From assembly GCF_009914755.1 (NCBI RefSeq), contig NC_060925.1: a stretch of 64,000 bases of DNA, one strand, 5' to 3'. Below the pieces are notes generated by a model. The model did not search any database, was not told the origin of the DNA, and saw only the letters and a list, made by a program, of their open reading frames with translations. This document shows, piece by piece, positions 58,501 through 64,000 of this stretch. The stretch comes from the human T2T-CHM13v2.0 reference genome, Homo sapiens. Numbering within the stretch: the stretch's first letter is position 1; each line of letters opens with the position of its first letter. The position numbers were made by a program, and so were the translations under genes.

Positions 58501-61500
58501 ATCATCTAATGGAATCGCATGGAATCATCATCAAATGGAATCGAATGGAATCATCATCAAATGGAATCTAATGGAATCATTGAACAGAATTGAATGGAAT
58601 CGTCATCGAATGAATTGAATGCAATCATCGAATGGTCTCGAATGGAATCATCTTCTAATGGAAAGGAATGGAATCATCGCATAGAATCGAATGGAATTAT
58701 CATCGAATGGAATCGTATGGTATCAACACCAAACGGAAAAATACGGAATTATCGAATGGAATCGAAGAGAATCTTCGAACGGACCCGAATGGAATCATCT
58801 AATGGAATGGAATGGAATAATCCATGGACTCGAATGCAATCATCATCGAATGGAATGGAATGGAATCATCGAATGGACTCGAATGGAATAATCATTGAAC
58901 GGAATCGAATGGAATCATCATCGGATGGAAACGAATGGAATCATCATCGAATGGAAATGAAAGGAGTCATCATCTAATGGAATTGCATGGAATCATCATA
59001 AAATGGAATCGAATGGAATCAACATCAAATGGAATCAAATGGAATCATTGAACGGAATTGAATGGAATCGTCATCGAATGAATTGACTGCAATCATCGAA
59101 TGGTCTCGAATGGAATCATCTTCAAATGGAATGGAATGGAATCATCGCATAGAATCGAATGGAATTATCATCGAATGGAATCGAATGGAATCAACATCAA
59201 ACGGAAAAAAACGGAATTATCGAATGGAATCGAAGAGAATCATCGAATGGACCCGAATGGAATCATCTAATGGAATGGAATGGAATAATCCATGGACTCG
59301 AATGCAATCATCATCGAATGGAATCGAATGGAATCATCGAATGGACTCGAATGGAATAATCATTGAACGGAATCGAATGGAATCATCATCGGATGGAAAT
59401 GAATGGAATCATCATCGAATGGAATCGAATAGAATTATGGAATGAAATCCAGTGTGATCATCATCGAATGGACCCGAATGGAATCATCATCCAACGGAAG
59501 CTAATGGAATCAACATCGAATGAATCGAATGGAAACACCATCGAATTGAAACGAATGGAATTATCATGAAATTGAAATGGATGGACTCATCATCGAATGG
59601 ATTCGAATGGAATCATCGAATAAAATTGATTGAAATCATCATCCAATGGAATCGAATGGTATCATTGAATGGAAACGAATAGAATCATCATCAGATGGAA
59701 ATGAATGGAATCGTCATAGAATGGAATCGAATGGATTCATTGAATGGAATCAGATGGAATCATCGAATGGACTGGAATGGAATCATTGAATGGACTCGAA
59801 AGGGATCATGATTGAATGGAATTGAATGGAATCATCGAATGGTCTCGATTGGAATCATTATCAAATGGAATCGAATGGAATCACCGAATAGAATCGAATG
59901 GAACAATCATCGAATGGACTCAAATGGAATTATCCTCCAATGGAATCGAATGGAATTATCGAATGCAATCGAATGGAATTATCGAATGCAATCGAATAGA
60001 ATCATCGAATGGACTCGAATGGAATCATCGAATGGAATGGAATGGAACAGTCAATGAACTCGAATGGAATCATCATTGAATGGAATCGAATGGAATCATC
60101 GAGTGGAATCGAATGGAATTATGATCAAATGGAATCGAATGTAATCATCATCAAATGGAATCAAAAATAACCATCATCAATTGGTATTGAATGGAATTGT
60201 CATCAAATGGAATTCAAAGGAATCATCATCAAATGGAACCGAATGGAATCCTCATTGAATGGAAATGAAAGGGGTCATCATCTAATGGAATCGCATGGAA
60301 TCATCATCAAATGGAATCGAATGGAATCATCATCAAATGGAATCTAATGGAATCATTGAACAGAATTGAATGGAATCGTCATCGAATGAATTGAATGCAA
60401 TCATCGAATGGTCTCGAATGGAATCATCTTCTAATGGAAAGGAATGGAATCATCGCATAGAATCGAATGGAATTATCATCGAATGGAATCAAATGGTATC
60501 AACACCAAACGGAAAAAAACGGAATTATCGAATGGAATCGAAGAGAATCTTCGAACGGACCCGAATGGAATCATCTAATGGAATGGAATGGAATAATCCA
60601 TGGACTCGAATGCAATCATCATCGAATGGAATGGAATGGAATCATCGAATGGACTCGAATGGAATAATCATTGAACGGAATCGAATGGAATCATCATCGG
60701 ATGGAAACGAATGGAATCATCATCGAATGGAAATGAAAGGAGTCATCATCTAATGGAATTGCATGGAATCATCATAAAATGGAATCGAATGGAATCAACA
60801 TCAAATGGAATCAAATGGAATCATTGAACGGAATTGAATGGAATCGTCATCGAATGAATTGACTGCAATCATCGAATGGTCTCGAATGGAATCATCTTCA
60901 AATGGAATGGAATGGAATCATCGCATAGAATCGAATGGAATTATCATCGAATGGAATCGAATGGAATCAACATCAAATGGAAAAAAACGGAATTATCGAA
61001 TGGAATCGAAGAGAATCATCGAATGGACCCGAATGGAATCATCTAATGGAATGGAATGGAATAATCCATGGACTCGAATGCAATCATCATCGAATGGAAT
61101 CGAATGGAATCATCGAATGGACTCGAATGGAATAATCATTGAACGGAATCGAATGGAATCATCATCGGATGGAAATGAATGGAATCATCATCGAATGGAA
61201 TCGAATATAATTATGGAATGAAATCCAGTGTGATCATCATCGAATGGACCCGAATGGAATCATCATCCAACGGAAGCTAATGGAATCAACATCGAATGAA
61301 TCGAATGGAAACACCATCGAATTGAAACGAATGGAATTATTATGAAATTGAAATGGATGGACTCATCATCGAATGGATTCGAATGGAATCATCGAATAAA
61401 ATTGATTGAAATCATCATCCAATGGAATCGAATGGTATCATTGAATGGAATCGAATGGAATCATCATCAGATGGAAATGAATGGAATCGTCATAGAATGG

Positions 61501-64000
61501 AATCGAATGGATTCATTGAATGGAATCAGATGGAATCATCGAATGGACTGGAATGGAATCATTGAATGGACTCGAAAGGGATCATGATTGAATGGAATTG
61601 AATGGAATCATCGAATGGTCTCGATTGGAATCATTATCAAATGGAATCGAATGGAATCACCGAATAGAATCGAATGGAACAATCATCGAATGGACTCAAA
61701 TGGAATTATCCTCAAATGGAATCGAATGGAATTATCGAATGCAATCGAATGGAATTATCGAATGCAATCGAATAGAATCATCGAATGGACTCGAATGGAA
61801 TCATCGAATGGAATGGAATGGAACAGTCAATGAACTCGAATGGAATCATCATTGATTGGAATCGAATGGAATCATCGAGTGGAATCGAATGGAATTATGA
61901 TCAAATGGAATCGAATGTAATCATCATCAAATGGAATCAAAAATAACCATCATCAATTGGTATTGAATGGAATTGTCATCAAATGGAATTCAAAGGAATC
62001 ATCATCAAATGGAACCGAATGGAATCCTCATTGAATGGAAATGAAAGGGGTCATCATCTAATGGAATCGCATGGAATCATCATCAAATGGAATCGAATGG
62101 AATCATCATCAAATGGAATCTAATGGAATCATTGAACAGAATTGAATGGAATCGTCATCGAATGAATTGAATGCAATCATCGAATGGTCTCGAATGGAAT
62201 CATCTTCTAATGGAAAGGAATGGAATCATCGCATAGAATCGAATGGAATTATCATCGAATGGAATCGAATGGTATCAACACCAAACGGAAAAAAACGGAA
62301 TTATCGAATGGAATCGAAGAGAATCTTCGAACGGACCCGAATGGAATCATCTAATGGAATGGAATGGAATAATCCATGGACTCGAATGCAATCATCATCG
62401 AATGGAATCGAATGGAATCATCGAATGGACTCGAATGGAATAATCATTGAACGGAATCGAATGGAATCATCATCGGATGGAAACGAATGGAATCATCATC
62501 GAATGGAAATGAAAGGAGTCATCATCTAATGGAATTGCATGGAATCATCATAAAATGCAATCGAATGGAATCAACATCAAATGGAATCAAATGGAATCAT
62601 TGAACGGAATTGAATGGAATCGTCATCGAATGAATTGACTGCAATCATCGAATGGTCTCGAATGGAATCATCTTCAAATGGAATGGAATGGAATCATCGC
62701 ATAGAATCGAATGGAATTATCATCGAATGGAATCGAATGGAATCAACATCAAACGGAAAAAAACAGAATTATCGTATGGAATCTAAGAGAATCATCGAAT
62801 GGACCCGAATGGAATCATCTAATGGAATGGAATGGAATAATCCATGGACTCGAATGCAATCATCATCGAATGGAATCGAATGGAATCATCGAATGGACTC
62901 GAATGGAATAATCATTGAACGGAATCGAATGGAATCATCATCGGATGGAAATGAATGGAATCATCATCGAATGGAATCGAATAGAATTATGGAATGAAAT
63001 CCAGTGTGATCATCATCGAATGGACCCGAATGGAATCATCATCCAACGGAAGCTAATGGAATCAACATCGAATGAATCGAATGGAAACACCATCGAATTG
63101 AAACGAATGGAATTATCATGAAATTGAAATGGATGGACACATCATCGAATGGATTCGAATGGAATCATCGAATAAAATTGATTGAAATCATCATCAAATG
63201 GAATCGAATGGTATCATTGAATGGAATCGAATGGAATCATCATCAGATGGAAATGAATGGAATCGTCATAGAATGGAATCGAATGGATTCATTGAATGGA
63301 ATCAGATGGAATCATCGAATGGACTGGAATGGAATCATTGAATGGACTCGAAAGGGATCATTATTGAATGGAATTGAATGGAATCATCGAATGGTCTTGA
63401 TTGGAATCATTACCAAATGGAATCGAATGGAATCACCGAATAGAATCGAATGGAACAATCATCGAATGGACTCAAATGGAATTATCCTCAAATGGAATCG
63501 AATGGAATTATCGAATGCAATCGAATGGAATTATCGAATGCAATCGAATAGAATCATCGAATGGACTCGAATGGAATCATCGAATGGAATGGAATGGAAC
63601 AGTCAATGAACTCGAATGGAATCATCATTGAATGGAATCGAATGGAATCATCGAGTGGAATCGAATGGAATTATGATCAAATGGAATCGAATGTATTCAT
63701 CATCAAATGGAATCAAAAATAACCATCATCAATTGGTATTGAATGGAATTGTCATCAAATGGAATTCAAAGGAATCATCATCAAATGGAACCGAATGGAA
63801 TCCTCATTGAATGGAAATGAAAGGGGTCATCATCTAATGGAATCGCATGGAATCATCATCAAATGGAATCGAATGGAATCATCATCAAATGGAATCTAAT
63901 GGAATCATTGAACAGAATTGAATGGAATCGTCATCGAATGAATTGAATGCAATCATCGAATGGTCTCGAATGGAATCATCTTCTAATGGAAAGGAATGGA

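Larger units (their letters stand above)
1..64000 (+). repeat. Human satellite II (HSat2/HSATII) tandem array, 1776-bp unit (chr1q12-type, pUC1.77/D1Z1-like); GGAAT strand on +
   Basis: The entire window consists of GAATG/GGAAT pentamer variants with frequent ATCGAATGGAATC and ATCATC motifs, i.e. CpG-rich HSat2 rather than simple HSat3. Homologous landmarks recur every 1776 bp (e.g. ORF starts 10646, 12422, 14198 ... 40838). One GAATTC per unit (266, 2042, 2712, 4488 ...). Family and chromosome assignment rely on established knowledge of the 1.77-kb EcoRI HSat2 unit. Confidence 0.95.

Noticed and set aside
426-63810. Numerous 60-163 aa ORFs (MESSSNE..., MELSSNG..., MKLKWMD...) on the + strand
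   Set aside because: They are low-complexity translations of the GGAAT/ATC repeat, overlap in several frames, repeat with the monomer, and open or close with single SNVs. No recognisable domain or gene structure.
1-64000. CRISPR-like regular repeats
   Set aside because: There are no unique spacers or cas genes; the sequence between motifs is itself satellite.
1-64000. Embedded mobile element, unique-sequence island or inversion
   Set aside because: Landmark spacing is fully accounted for by 1776-, 1772- and 670-bp steps, leaving no room for an insertion, and the GGAAT strand stays on + throughout.
1-64000. HSat3, alpha satellite or telomeric repeat
   Set aside because: Perfect GGAAT runs are short (about 3 copies) and ATCGA/ATCATC variants dominate. 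I saw no 171-bp period, CENP-B box or TTAGGG tracts.

Overview
The whole 64 kb window is one uninterrupted, single-orientation array of a diverged (GGAAT/CATTC)n satellite with abundant ATCGAATGGA/ATCATC variants. This matches human satellite II (HSat2). The dominant period is 1776 bp with one EcoRI site per unit, which fits the classic ~1.77-kb HSat2 unit of chromosome 1q12 (the chromosome assignment comes from prior knowledge, not from the sequence). Each unit is A(468)+B(468)+C(~840), built from 23/26-bp sub-repeats. There are 35 full units (one is 1772 bp), two 670-bp short units, and partial units at both ends. I found no genes, RNA genes, mobile elements or CRISPR arrays; the ORFs are artefacts of the repeat. 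I cannot support a novel gene system here. What is interesting is the array's structure and history: a 5998-bp higher-order duplication carrying the short unit, A/B mosaic sub-units, SNV-defined block duplications at multiples of 1776 bp, a single 4-bp indel, and locally diverged patches. All variant comparisons were made by eye and need confirming by alignment.
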